From Minisyncoccota bacterium (GTDB lineage Bacteria > Patescibacteriota > Microgenomatia > UBA1400 > PJMF01), in NCBI GenBank assembly GCA_029881675.1, contig JAOUMD010000002.1, forward strand, positions 10,228-74,227: 64,000 nucleotides of DNA. Direction: 5' to 3'. A model generated the notes under the pieces. That model ran no database searches, was not told the origin of the DNA, and worked only from the letters and a program-made list of their open reading frames with translations. Positions 20,078 to 29,808 of this stretch are shown here, one piece after another; positions within the stretch are counted from its first letter, which is position 1; the number at the start of each line of letters is the position of its first letter. The position numbers were made by a program, and so were the translations under genes.

Positions 20078-20221
20078 ATGTGTGGAAGTTGTGAAGAACA
20101 TAATATGAGTGGAGCTAGTTGCTCTTGTGAAGGTGGCGAATGCTCATGTGGTGACAAAAAAGAAGAAGGTTCTTGTCCTGACTGTGGATCAAAATCATGT
20201 GCTAGTAACTGTAAAGAATAG
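20078..20221 (+). CDS. 47-aa Cys-rich metallothionein-like peptide (absent from the ORF track)
   Basis: MCGSCEEHNMSGASCSCEGGECSCGDKKEEGSCPDCGSKSCASNCKE*: 10 Cys, 1 His, no aromatic residues. Confidence 0.75.
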   Translation: MCGSCEEHNMSGASCSCEGGECSCGDKKEEGSCPDCGSKSCASNCKE

Positions 20222-20267
20222 TTAGATAGCTATAAAGTTTTAAATAGAAATAGTAAGCAGCTGGAGA

Positions 20268-21515
20268 TTATTTAAGAATCTCAGCTGCTTTTTCTATGGT
20301 GACAATTTCTTGATTACCAGAAGTCATGTCTTTGACAACGACTTTACTTTCTCCTTGTTCAAACTCGTTTTCTCCAATGATGATAACAAAAGGAATATTT
20401 TTGCTATTAGCATACTTAAATTGTTTACCTAGTTTATCTATGGCAGGGTAGACTTCAGTAGCGATACCTTGTTTTCTTAGATATGAAGCGCTGGCTAGGG
20501 AAGCAAGTTTATACTTTTCTCCAAAAACTGTGACTAATACTTTACTAGTACTATTTTTCTTTGGCAGTAATCCAAGACTTTGTGCTGCCTCAACTGTCCT
20601 ATCAAAGCCAAAAGCAACTCCAACAGCAGGAACATCAACACCACCAAGTTCATTAATGAGGTTGTCATAACGACCACCACCACCACATGAACCAGAACCA
20701 TATTCTGGCAAGTTAATCTCAAAGATCATCCCAGTGTAGTAGTCTAGACCACGAGCCAAGAATGGGTTAAAGACTAATGAGTCTTTAGGTACTCCAAGTT
20801 TAATTGCCCCGATAACAATAGATGATAGTTCTTCTGAAGGTTTACTTTTTTCTAAAGTTTCTAAAGCTTTTGTAGCATTGTCCTTACTCAGACCCTTTTC
20901 TACTAATTCTGCGACAACCTCTAGCTTTTCTTTTTTATCTAACTTATCTACAGATTGAATAATAGAGTAGACGTCTACAGAGTCAGTCACAAAAGGAGTT
21001 AAAGCCTCAATGAGAATAGTTCTGTCATTAAGATTTAACTTAATATTTTTAAAGCCAATGTTTTTGTAAGCAAAGTAGCTACAAGCTAGAATTTCACTAT
21101 CTGCAATATTTGATTTGCTACCAAAGATATCAATATCACATTGAGTAAACTCACGATATCTACCTTTCTGAGGCTTATCTGCCCTAAAGACATTTTGAAT
21201 TTGGTATCTTCTAAAGTATTTAGGTAACTTTCCTTGATATTGAGAAAGAACTCTAGCACTAGGGACAGTTTGGTCATATCTTAAGGCCACACTACGATCA
21301 CCCCTATCTTTAAAGGAGTAAACTAGCTTGTCTGCTTCATCACCATATTTACCAAGCAAGAGAGATGCATACTCTAAGGTAGGAGTTTCAAGAGGTTCAA
21401 AACCGAACCTCTCAAAGGTTTCTACAATCTTTCCTTGGACAACATTTCTAGCCCTTTTTTCCTCTGGTAGAAAGTCTCTGAAGCCTTTTAGTGTTTGTAT
21501 ATTTTTATTTGACAT
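20268..21515 (-). CDS. hisS: histidine--tRNA ligase
   Basis: KGFRDFLP, LRYDQTVP, GRYREFTQCD, ARGLDYYTG, GGGRYD. Confidence 0.97.
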   Translation of the reverse strand: MSNKNIQTLKGFRDFLPEEKRARNVVQGKIVETFERFGFEPLETPTLEYASLLLGKYGDEADKLVYSFKDRGDRSVALRYDQTVPSARVLSQYQGKLPKYFRRYQIQNVFRADKPQKGRYREFTQCDIDIFGSKSNIADSEILACSYFAYKNIGFKNIKLNLNDRTILIEALTPFVTDSVDVYSIIQSVDKLDKKEKLEVVAELVEKGLSKDNATKALETLEKSKPSEELSSIVIGAIKLGVPKDSLVFNPFLARGLDYYTGMIFEINLPEYGSGSCGGGGRYDNLINELGGVDVPAVGVAFGFDRTVEAAQSLGLLPKKNSTSKVLVTVFGEKYKLASLASASYLRKQGIATEVYPAIDKLGKQFKYANSKNIPFVIIIGENEFEQGESKVVVKDMTSGNQEIVTIEKAAEILK

Positions 21516-21640
21516 ATTATTTATTTGTGCCCGTGAGGGTGATTTCTTTGTTTTATTGTAACTTATTATAATTTATCAGGGTGAATAGAGTCTAATTAAT
21601 TATTTTGATTATTTTTTCTTTAATTTTGATTTTTTCTATT

Positions 21641-21742
21641 AAAAAACTCCCTGAAGGGAGCTAATAATAAATACAACAATTAACCCCCTTAAATATGAGA
21701 GTTGTGATGAGCTACTAGTTGAGCTGTTATGTTTGTATTCAT
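21641..21742 (-). promoter_or_regulatory. His leader-peptide transcription attenuator of hisS
   Basis: leader MNTNITAQLVAHHNSHI* (21742-21689); antiterminator AGGGGGUUAAU/AUUAGCUCCCU; terminator GCUCCC-UUCA-GGGAGUUUUUU. Confidence 0.8.
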
Positions 21743-21806
21743 AGGAGTATTGTAGCACATCGTCTAAAATAACTATAGGATTGTTAAGTCTTTTTATGAT
21801 AAATAC

Positions 21807-22868
21807 TTATAAAGTAATCTCTAAAGTCTCTTTTTTATTAAAACAAATGGTGTTCTCATATCTAATCCCAAACTTACCTTTAAGGTATATTCCAGGCTCA
21901 ATGGTAAAGATAATATTATCCTTTAGTTTTGTTTCTTCTTTCCAATTAATTGAAGGAAATTCATGAATATCCAAGCCTAAACCATGCCCAGTAGTATGGA
22001 TAAAGAACTGCCCATATCCAGCTTCTTTTATATATTCTCTGGTTGCTCTATCAATATCAGAAACAGGCTTATTTATGCCATTACGAGCAGCATTAAGACC
22101 TTTTTTATATGCACCGTGGATGATTTCTTCTACCTTTTTATACTCCTTGGTTGGATGGTCTCCAAACCAAAAGCTTCTGGTCATGTCTGATCTGTATCCT
22201 TTGTAAGTGGCACCAAAGTCAATCAATACTGCCATATTATTTTTGAGTTTCTTATCTGTTGGCTGGTGATGGGGTAGAGCTGAGTTTTCTCCAAAAGCAA
22301 TAATAGTGGGGAAAGCTGGTTTCTCACTACCTTTTTCCTTCATTATTTTTTCTAAGAGTTCTTTGACCTTTTCTTCTGTAATTCCTACTTTAATTTTCTT
22401 TTCTAGTTCTTGAAATGATCTCTTGCTGATTTTAGCTGCTTTCTTGACATGGAGTATTTCTTGTTCATCCTTAATCATTTTTTGATGTGGGATATGGGTA
22501 GGAGACATCTCTGTTATTTTTACTTCTAGAGAACCAAGTAAATCTGATTCTGATACATATGTTTGAGATTTATTAATTTTGATTTCTTTTATATCGTCTT
22601 TTTTGATAATTTCTTTGAGGTGGCTAGTTAATTTAGATTTATATATATCTGGGTAGTATTCTAGACAATTATGTTTTGTTAGAGGGTTAAAACTAGAGTA
22701 GAGAAGATTGGCTGATTTTTTTGTAATAACTAAATATGATTCTCGTTCTTCAGAAACTAGGAAATTAAAACCGGTGTAGTAGTGGATATCACTTTCTTTT
22801 GTGATAAAAAGAGCTGTGTGGGATGGTAGTTTATCTTGAATGAACGAGAGACGATTTTTATTTATCAT
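21807..22868 (-). CDS. Xaa-Pro aminopeptidase, M24 family
   Basis: IDFGA...SDMTRS, HTTGHGLGLDIHE, TIEPGIY, GIRYE. Confidence 0.92.
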   Translation of the reverse strand: MINKNRLSFIQDKLPSHTALFITKESDIHYYTGFNFLVSEERESYLVITKKSANLLYSSFNPLTKHNCLEYYPDIYKSKLTSHLKEIIKKDDIKEIKINKSQTYVSESDLLGSLEVKITEMSPTHIPHQKMIKDEQEILHVKKAAKISKRSFQELEKKIKVGITEEKVKELLEKIMKEKGSEKPAFPTIIAFGENSALPHHQPTDKKLKNNMAVLIDFGATYKGYRSDMTRSFWFGDHPTKEYKKVEEIIHGAYKKGLNAARNGINKPVSDIDRATREYIKEAGYGQFFIHTTGHGLGLDIHEFPSINWKEETKLKDNIIFTIEPGIYLKGKFGIRYENTICFNKKETLEITL

Positions 22869-22873
22869 CTAAT

Positions 22874-23599
22874 TTACTCTTCATCGATGATAGTGAGAAT
22901 CCTGACTCTCTTAGCAATTTTTTCACCGTCATCATCAAAGGCGATGATTAAGGCTTGAGTATCTTCTTCAATATCTGTTCTGTTAATTTCTTCACCATTA
23001 AGATCTTCATATGAAGTCTTACTGTTTAATGTAATAGCAGTTTCTTCTTCCCCTGATCTAGGAGTGACAGTCAGTTCATATCTTTCAATGGCACTAATAT
23101 TTCCAATTGTTATATAGCTAGGTCTTGGTCTGAGAGTTTCTCCAGAGACTAAAATTCTCAGAGGTTTAAAAGTATCATCTTCTATTATGCCCATGATAAC
23201 TAACCAGTTTTCTACAGCGATGTCAGATAAGACTATTTCTTTGCCATCCTTGAGAATTTCTACATCCTCTGTAATTGGGATGATTCTGGTTGCTTGATTT
23301 GTTTTTACAGTGATTGCTTCTTCACTAATTCTTTGAACTTCACCAATAAAGCCTTGTTTAGTAGCGTCTAAGTTAGAAATAATGCCTTTAATCTGCTCTT
23401 TTTTTTCTTCAACAATTTTTTCTATTCTTTCTTTGAGTTTTTGTGTAGTCTTACTTGAAAGAGAAGCATCTAGGACAACAGATTCTTCTGCACTGACTAG
23501 AGACACAACACTTAAACTCAATGAGGCTATTAGGGTTAATGATAGTAGAAATCTAAATAGGTTATTTTTCATCTTGATCATTTGAGTCACTACTTGCAT
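22874..23599 (-). CDS. secreted protein with tandem OB-like (DUF5666-like) domains
   Basis: signal peptide and two similar beta domains. Confidence 0.55.
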   Translation of the reverse strand: MQVVTQMIKMKNNLFRFLLSLTLIASLSLSVVSLVSAEESVVLDASLSSKTTQKLKERIEKIVEEKKEQIKGIISNLDATKQGFIGEVQRISEEAITVKTNQATRIIPITEDVEILKDGKEIVLSDIAVENWLVIMGIIEDDTFKPLRILVSGETLRPRPSYITIGNISAIERYELTVTPRSGEEETAITLNSKTSYEDLNGEEINRTDIEEDTQALIIAFDDDGEKIAKRVRILTIIDEE

Positions 23600-24059
23600 C
23601 TGTTATTTCATCAGCAGTTTCTTCCTCAGGAGTTTCGATTAAAGGTTTTGTTGTATAGATAACAGTTAATTCTTCTGTAGTTAGTTTACCATCTTCATTA
23701 ATTGAGTTTATTTGAATGATATTACTGCCAACTTCTAATGTAGCCGAAATAGAGAAATTACCTGACTCATCTGCAGTAGTAATGAATTCTTCTTCATTAA
23801 CTAGGATAACGACAAATTCATTATGGTTTGTAGAACCAGCAATAGTAATACTGTCTTCTTCTTGAATAGTTTCATTTAAAGGAGAGTGAATTACCAGATT
23901 ACTAAGGATGTCAGCACTTGCTTCAGGTGAAGGAGATGTTTCTAAGGTTGTGTTTTTATTCTTTGGAGTAAAAATTATCTTAGTGCGGTATACTCCAAAT
24001 ACAATAACGAGACCAACCAGTAGTCCAATCAAGATAGCTAAAAATAATTCTTTTTTCAT
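23562..24059 (-). CDS. membrane-anchored Ig-like domain protein
   Basis: N-terminal TM; IHSP...IAGST...ADESGNFS...LEVGSNIIQI. Confidence 0.65.
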   Translation of the reverse strand: MKKELFLAILIGLLVGLVIVFGVYRTKIIFTPKNKNTTLETSPSPEASADILSNLVIHSPLNETIQEEDSITIAGSTNHNEFVVILVNEEEFITTADESGNFSISATLEVGSNIIQINSINEDGKLTTEELTVIYTTKPLIETPEEETADEITDASSDSNDQDEK

Positions 24060-24161
24060 TTGGTAACATATTATAATTAATACTGGTATATATTCAACTT
24101 GAGTATGGAATAAGTCTTTGATATTTTAGTATTTAACAAGATAAATGAGAGGTAAATAATT

Positions 24162-24818
24162 ATGGAAATAACATATTTAGGTCATAGTAGCTTTAAATTA
24201 AAGGGTAGTGAAGGGACTGTTGTAACGGATCCTTTTGATGGTTATGTAGGCTTTAATATGCCTTCAGCTAGTGCTGACATTGTAACGGTGTCTCATGATC
24301 ATAAGGATCACAATAACACAAAACCTATTAGTGGAACTGCTCGTAGAAAGAGCCCTTTTATCGTTGATCATCCTGGAGAATATGAGGTTGGAGGCATTTC
24401 TGTCTTTGGTGTAAAGACTGCTCACGATGATAATGGAGGAGTTGAAAGAGGAGATAATACTGTTTATTCAATTTTGATTGATGGAGTTAAAGTTTGTCAT
24501 CTTGGTGACTTGGGTCATGAGCTAACTCAAGCTCAACTTTCAGAAATTGGCAGTGTAGATATACTTCTTTGTCCGGTAGGAGGAGTTTTTACTATTGATC
24601 CAAAGATGGCTGTAAAGACAATTCAAGCATTAGAACCAAGCTATATTATCCCAATGCACTATAAAACTCCAAAGCATGATACAAATGTCTTTGGTGAACT
24701 AAATACTTTAGAAGAGTTCTTAAAAGAATATGGTGCAGAAGTTACTCCAGAAGCAAAGTTATCAACTACCAAAGAAAGATTACCAGAAGAAACTGAACTA
24801 GTTGTTTTGGTAAATTAA
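24162..24818 (+). CDS. MBL-fold metallo-hydrolase
   Basis: YLGHSSF, SHDHKDH, HLGDLG, IPMHY. Confidence 0.9.
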   Translation: MEITYLGHSSFKLKGSEGTVVTDPFDGYVGFNMPSASADIVTVSHDHKDHNNTKPISGTARRKSPFIVDHPGEYEVGGISVFGVKTAHDDNGGVERGDNTVYSILIDGVKVCHLGDLGHELTQAQLSEIGSVDILLCPVGGVFTIDPKMAVKTIQALEPSYIIPMHYKTPKHDTNVFGELNTLEEFLKEYGAEVTPEAKLSTTKERLPEETELVVLVN

Positions 24819-24821
24819 TAA

Positions 24822-26126
24822 ATGAAGCCTAGAATTCCACCACATGATATGGCTGCAGAGGTATCTGTATTGGGTTCAATTTTAATTGACTCGGAGGCTA
24901 TTATTCATGTTGCTGAAGTTTTGATGGCAGACGATTTTTATGAGCCTTCTCACAGAATGATTTATGAAGCAATGGTTTTACTTTTTGAAAAGAGAAAGCC
25001 AATTGATGCCGTTACGCTAGCTAGTGAGTTAAAAAAAGCAAAGACTCTAACTGAAGCCGGTGGAGCCTCAGCAATTGCAAAGCTCACTAATGAAGTTTCT
25101 ACTTCTTCTAATGTTACTCATTACGCAAATATCGTAGCTGAATGCTCAATGAGGCGTAGTATTATCTCAACCTCTGCAGAGCTTGGAGAATTAGCTTTTG
25201 ATGAGTCCAAAGAAGCAAAAGATATCTTAGATATCACGGAGCAAAAGATCTTTGCTATCTCTCAAAAACAAGATCGAGATGCCTTTGTCCCAATTAAAGA
25301 TACTTTGTCACATAGTTTTGAGCGTTTGGATGAAATGCAACGTAACCCAAATGCGACAAGAGGAATTCCAACAGGTTTAGCTGACTTAGATAACATTTTG
25401 GCTGGGTTTGGTAAATCTAACTTAATTATCCTAGCGGCTCGTCCTGGTATGGGTAAGACTGCATTGTCACTGAATATTGCTCAACATATTGCTGTAAACG
25501 AGAAGCTTAAAGTTGGAGTTTTCTCACTCGAAATGAGTAAGGAAGAACTAGTTGATCGTCTTTTGGTATCTCAAGCTGATATTGATGCTTGGAGACTAAA
25601 GACTGGTAGATTGGATCAACAAGACTTTATGAAGCTTTCTGATGCAATGGGTGTTTTAGCTGATGCTGATATTTTTATTGACGATAAACCGGGTATGTCT
25701 ATTTTTGAAATGAGAACAAAAGCAAGGAGATTAACTATGGAACATGGTTTAGATTTTCTTGTTGTTGATTACTTACAGCTTGCCCATGGAAGAACAAGAG
25801 ATAATCGTGTCCAAGAGGTTGCTGAAATTTCTGGAGGACTTAAAAATATTGCTCGTGAACTCCGTATTCCAGTCTTAGCTCTCTCACAGCTCTCTCGTGC
25901 TATTGAGAGTAGAGGAGAGAAGACTCCACAACTTTCTGACCTTCGTGAATCTGGTTCCATCGAGCAGGACGCAGATGCGGTTATGTTTTTATACAGACGA
26001 GATGATGATATTAGAGAATCAGTTAACTTAAAGATTGCCAAGCACAGACATGGTTCCACTGGTGACATTGATCTTTACTTTAGAGGTGATAGATTGAAAT
26101 TCTATGGTTTGGAGAGTAGACGTTAA
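24822..26126 (+). CDS. dnaB: replicative DNA helicase
   Basis: AARPGMGKT, VDYLQL, SQLSR, LRESGSIEQDAD. Confidence 0.97.
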   Translation: MKPRIPPHDMAAEVSVLGSILIDSEAIIHVAEVLMADDFYEPSHRMIYEAMVLLFEKRKPIDAVTLASELKKAKTLTEAGGASAIAKLTNEVSTSSNVTHYANIVAECSMRRSIISTSAELGELAFDESKEAKDILDITEQKIFAISQKQDRDAFVPIKDTLSHSFERLDEMQRNPNATRGIPTGLADLDNILAGFGKSNLIILAARPGMGKTALSLNIAQHIAVNEKLKVGVFSLEMSKEELVDRLLVSQADIDAWRLKTGRLDQQDFMKLSDAMGVLADADIFIDDKPGMSIFEMRTKARRLTMEHGLDFLVVDYLQLAHGRTRDNRVQEVAEISGGLKNIARELRIPVLALSQLSRAIESRGEKTPQLSDLRESGSIEQDADAVMFLYRRDDDIRESVNLKIAKHRHGSTGDIDLYFRGDRLKFYGLESRR

Positions 26127-26186
26127 TTTCCTCTTTTTCAAATTAATTTGAGTGATACTTTCAATAGTGTATAGTTATGTCTATAA

Positions 26187-26708
26187 ATGGCAAAGGAACT
26201 TAAGCAAAGATCTTTCATTGAATTATTGAGAGATTTTGTTTCTGACAAAGGTTTTAATTTATTTATTTCCACTTTCAGTCGTACTTCTCAAGACACTACT
26301 CAAATCCTCAAGAGTAAAGAAGACATCCTCAAATATTCTGAAAAAATTGAGTTAATCTCACTTGATGAGCTTAGAGATTTAATTCTTTCTGACGTAGAGA
26401 ATAATAGTGGCTCAAGTGATTTAGGATACTTTGGAATGATAATTAATGAAGCTATTGAAGGTTTTGAGTTAGCACAATCACTTCTAGGTAAGGATGAGAG
26501 CAGAGGTGTGAAAGATCTGATAACTAAAGCATTGATCAATTACTATAACTTTTCTAATGAATTAACCACTCTTTTTGAGCAAGATGTCTTAGAAGAAAGA
26601 CAATTATTGATTGAAGAATTTAAACTAAAGGTAGCAAAAACTAGGGATAATTCAAATTTAGAAATATTAACGTCCCATCTAGTTAAGATCGCAAAAGATA
26701 CAAAGTAA
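26187..26708 (+). CDS. hypothetical protein
   Basis: ORF only. Confidence 0.5.
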   Translation: MAKELKQRSFIELLRDFVSDKGFNLFISTFSRTSQDTTQILKSKEDILKYSEKIELISLDELRDLILSDVENNSGSSDLGYFGMIINEAIEGFELAQSLLGKDESRGVKDLITKALINYYNFSNELTTLFEQDVLEERQLLIEEFKLKVAKTRDNSNLEILTSHLVKIAKDTK

Positions 26709-26945
26709 TTAAGCCTTAGTAAATCCAAAGAGAAGATAAACAAGCCCCCCTGAGAGAACCATAAAGATAAGAAGGAAGCCTAAGTTAGATTTAAGATTTT
26801 TTGAAGCTTTATCTGGATCAGCTGCATCTGCACTAATGATGATTACCATCGCAATAGCAAGCCAAATAATTCCTCTTAGAACAATAGAACCAAAGCTATC
26901 TATAGCAAAGGCACTAATAACAAGCTCACGAATAGTTTCTTCCAT
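26709..26945 (-). CDS. small two-TM membrane protein
   Basis: two hydrophobic helices. Confidence 0.6.
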   Translation of the reverse strand: MEETIRELVISAFAIDSFGSIVLRGIIWLAIAMVIIISADAADPDKASKNLKSNLGFLLIFMVLSGGLVYLLFGFTKA

Positions 26946-27009
26946 ACTTTAATATGATTTGTTTTATGGGTAAAAGCAAGTGCTTTTTTTAATCTTGGGA
27001 ATCTTTTTG

Positions 27010-27093
27010 TGCCGAGAGAGGGACTTGAACCCTCACGAGAGTGATCTCATGGGTTTTTGAGACCCACGCGTCTACCGATTCCGCCACCTCGGC
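27010..27093 (-). tRNA. tRNA-Leu(CAA)
   Basis: GCCGAGG acceptor, anticodon arm GTGGGT-CTCAAAA-ACCCAT, long variable arm, GGTTCAAGTCC; CCA not encoded. Confidence 0.95.
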
Positions 27094-27132
27094 AGGTTAT
27101 AGATGGTATTTTACTCCGAAAGGTAGTATTTC

Positions 27133-27579
27133 TCAACGTAAGAAGTAAATTGCAGCCACTACAATTACCTGTGGTAATAAACCAAAGAACATATTTGGAG
27201 TGGAATGGTGAAAGAAATGATGAAGATTATAGATCGGATCTAGGAATTTCATTCTAAATTTAAGGAAGTTTCTTGGCGCATCTAGTAAGTCAGGCAGAAT
27301 TCCAAATAATCCTCCAGCCCAAATGTGCCATTGAATTTGTTCTATACCTTTTTGAAAAAAATAATAAATTAATATTGCAGTAACAATTAATTCTCCAACT
27401 TCAAAAATAATTGCAGTGCTTTTTTTTCTTTTTCCTGAGTTCATCCCTGTCCCAAAGTCCCAATGAGGGATCCAATCGCCAAGATAGTGAGCAGCGATAG
27501 CTAGCGGACCATAGGCAACTGGGTGTGGGATTTGGGAGGCGATATAAGCTCCGGTTAAACTGTGTGGAATTGAAAGCAT
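27133..27579 (-). CDS. membrane-bound metal-dependent hydrolase-like protein
   Basis: HSLTG, HYLGDWIPHWD, PDLLD, HHFFH motifs within TM segments. Confidence 0.6.
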   Translation of the reverse strand: MLSIPHSLTGAYIASQIPHPVAYGPLAIAAHYLGDWIPHWDFGTGMNSGKRKKSTAIIFEVGELIVTAILIYYFFQKGIEQIQWHIWAGGLFGILPDLLDAPRNFLKFRMKFLDPIYNLHHFFHHSTPNMFFGLLPQVIVVAAIYFLR

Positions 27580-27673
27580 AGGAGGTTATTGTAACGTGTT
27601 TTTTTAAATGGCGCTATAACTTTACTGGTGTAATACTCTGGCACGATAATGATCTCTGGGTTATGATATCTCT

Positions 27674-28498
27674 ATGTGGCCAGTTATTTTTTCACTAGGT
27701 AGATTTGAGTTAAGAACAATAAGTGTTTTCTTTTTTATTGCTTTATTTTCTGGATCATATGTTTTTTGGAGAAGAGGAAAGGAAGAGCATTATTCAGAAA
27801 TGGACTTGTTTGACGGATTGATATTGTCACTTCTCTTTGGTTCACTACTTGGTAGATTAGCCTTTATTTTCTTTAACTTAGAACAATTGGGAGTTAATTT
27901 AATAAAGTGGTTAGATATTTTTACCTATCCAGGAATTAACTTGCCTGTTTTATTTATAGCAGGAGGTATTTATCTTTACCGTTTTTCATTAAAGAAACGT
28001 TGGGATGTATTTGAAGTTTTAGATTTTTCTGTAGGTGCATTTAGTTTATCTCAGTTTTTTATCTGGACGGGTTCGTTTCTTGACGGGACAGGTTTTGGAG
28101 TAAAAACAGATTTGCCAATTGGGATAGTATTTCCTGGAGTCTTTGAAAAACATCATCCAGTTCAGTTATATTTCATGATTTTTTATCTAGCACTTTTCTT
28201 ATATTTAGTTAGAGTAGAGTACAACTACCGCACATATTCTTGGTATAGATTTGGAAAAAAGACAGCTCAGACAGGTTTTCTTACTAGTATGTTCTTTATT
28301 TTCTTTGGATTTTTTAATCTGATTATTTCTTTCTTCTCTTTACCTACAATTGTTGTTGGTGGTTTAAGGCTAGATTATCTTTTGAGTATTTTTGCTTTAT
28401 TGTTTGGGATATTCTTACTGAGTATTCGTTCAGGAAGAATTTCTACTAAATTTTTTGGAAAGCGAAATAAACGCTTATTAGAAACATTTAAGGTTTGA
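27674..28498 (+). CDS. lgt: Lgt-family protein with degenerate catalytic motifs
   Basis: MWPVIFSLG, GRLAF, G.KTDLPIGIVFP, HPVQLY; adjacent to lspA. Confidence 0.75.
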   Translation: MWPVIFSLGRFELRTISVFFFIALFSGSYVFWRRGKEEHYSEMDLFDGLILSLLFGSLLGRLAFIFFNLEQLGVNLIKWLDIFTYPGINLPVLFIAGGIYLYRFSLKKRWDVFEVLDFSVGAFSLSQFFIWTGSFLDGTGFGVKTDLPIGIVFPGVFEKHHPVQLYFMIFYLALFLYLVRVEYNYRTYSWYRFGKKTAQTGFLTSMFFIFFGFFNLIISFFSLPTIVVGGLRLDYLLSIFALLFGIFLLSIRSGRISTKFFGKRNKRLLETFKV

Positions 28499-28902
28499 TG
28501 AAGAAATATTTTTATTACTTCCTTTTTTTCTTTTTAGTTTTGATTGATCAACTTTCTAAGTTTTGGGCAAGCTCAATGGGTTTTGTAACAGAAAATGGGG
28601 GAGTTTCATTTGGTTTGATGAATGGATTTGGAGGAGAGATTTATGTTCAACTGATTCTTTTGTTAGTTCTTTTTTATATCCTTCATAAGTCAATTATGCC
28701 TGCATTACTGAAAACATTTTTTCTATCAGGCGTTGTTTCTAACACAATTGATCGTCTTTTCCTTGGTGGAGTAGTGCAAGATTGGTTGCCTATACCTCTG
28801 GTAGGAATAAGGAATAACTTTGCCGACTGGTTTATCTTCCTCGCGATTGTACTTTATGTAATAAAATACGGATATGAATATAGAAATAATTTACGAAGAT
28901 AA
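28495..28902 (+). CDS. lspA: lipoprotein signal peptidase II
   Basis: DQLSK, NGGVSFG, SNTIDR...VQDW, NFAD. Confidence 0.85.
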   Translation: MMKKYFYYFLFFFLVLIDQLSKFWASSMGFVTENGGVSFGLMNGFGGEIYVQLILLLVLFYILHKSIMPALLKTFFLSGVVSNTIDRLFLGGVVQDWLPIPLVGIRNNFADWFIFLAIVLYVIKYGYEYRNNLRR

Positions 28903-29731
28903 GGACATTATGGCCATTAATAAACCACCGGGAGTGGTTGTTAATGAAGCTAAAACTGTCAATGAGGATACTATTCAAAAGTGGTTTTGGGAAAAGCATG
29001 ATGGCTTTAAAGACATTTCCACAGCATCTGCTAAAAAAGAGTATAAAAAACTAATCCCAGAAGATTTTGATGATAGCTTTGGAACACCAGAAGAAATATT
29101 TCAAACAAGACAAGGAATAGTTCACAGATTAGATAAAGAAACCTCTGGAATATTACTTCTAGCAAAAAACCCAGGGGCTTTGGTTAACCTACTATCTCAA
29201 TTTAAAAAACGTACTACTAAGAAAAAGTACTTGTGTTTAGCGCATGCTAAGTTTGGTGCTCCTGCCGACACTATCTCATATCCAATAGCTCGTTCTACAC
29301 AAAATAGAATGAAGTTTAGAGTAGATATTGAGGGAAGAGAAGCAACTACCGCGTATAAAGCAGTAGACTTTTATGACAAGCTAGATTTAGAAAAAATAGA
29401 AAAGAGTAATTTAGAGAATAAAGAAACATTATTATTAAAGAAATATAAGAATTCATATCAAGGGTTTAGCCTAGTAGAATGTTGGCCAAAGACTGGTAGA
29501 ACTCATCAAATTAGAGTTCATATGGCCCATATTAAGCATCCATTGGTAGGGGATAAGGTATACCTTGGTAAGAAGAGAGTTAAGCTTGATCCTATCTGGT
29601 GTAAGCGTCACTTCCTTCATGCAAGTAAGATAGAGTTTACTCATCCAAAGACTGGTGAAGTTGTAGAGTTTGAAGCTGAATTACCTAATGACCTTAAAAA
29701 AGTTTTAAAGCTTTTGAAGAAGGTTGATTAA
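28874..29731 (+). CDS. RluA/RluD family pseudouridine synthase
   Basis: INKPPG, HRLDKETSG, TGRTHQIRVH, HPLVGD, LHA. Confidence 0.93.
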   Translation: MNIEIIYEDKDIMAINKPPGVVVNEAKTVNEDTIQKWFWEKHDGFKDISTASAKKEYKKLIPEDFDDSFGTPEEIFQTRQGIVHRLDKETSGILLLAKNPGALVNLLSQFKKRTTKKKYLCLAHAKFGAPADTISYPIARSTQNRMKFRVDIEGREATTAYKAVDFYDKLDLEKIEKSNLENKETLLLKKYKNSYQGFSLVECWPKTGRTHQIRVHMAHIKHPLVGDKVYLGKKRVKLDPIWCKRHFLHASKIEFTHPKTGEVVEFEAELPNDLKKVLKLLKKVD

Positions 29732-29808
29732 ATTTTCCTATCTGTTTAAATAATTAATTTTTTAGCTATTCTTTTGCATAGTTTGTTTTGACATGCTTTA
29801 ATGTTTTT

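Noticed and set aside
24822-26126. Intein in DnaB (also checked GyrA and GyrB)
   Set aside because: Lengths are near normal and no intein-sized insertion with C...HN splice motifs is present
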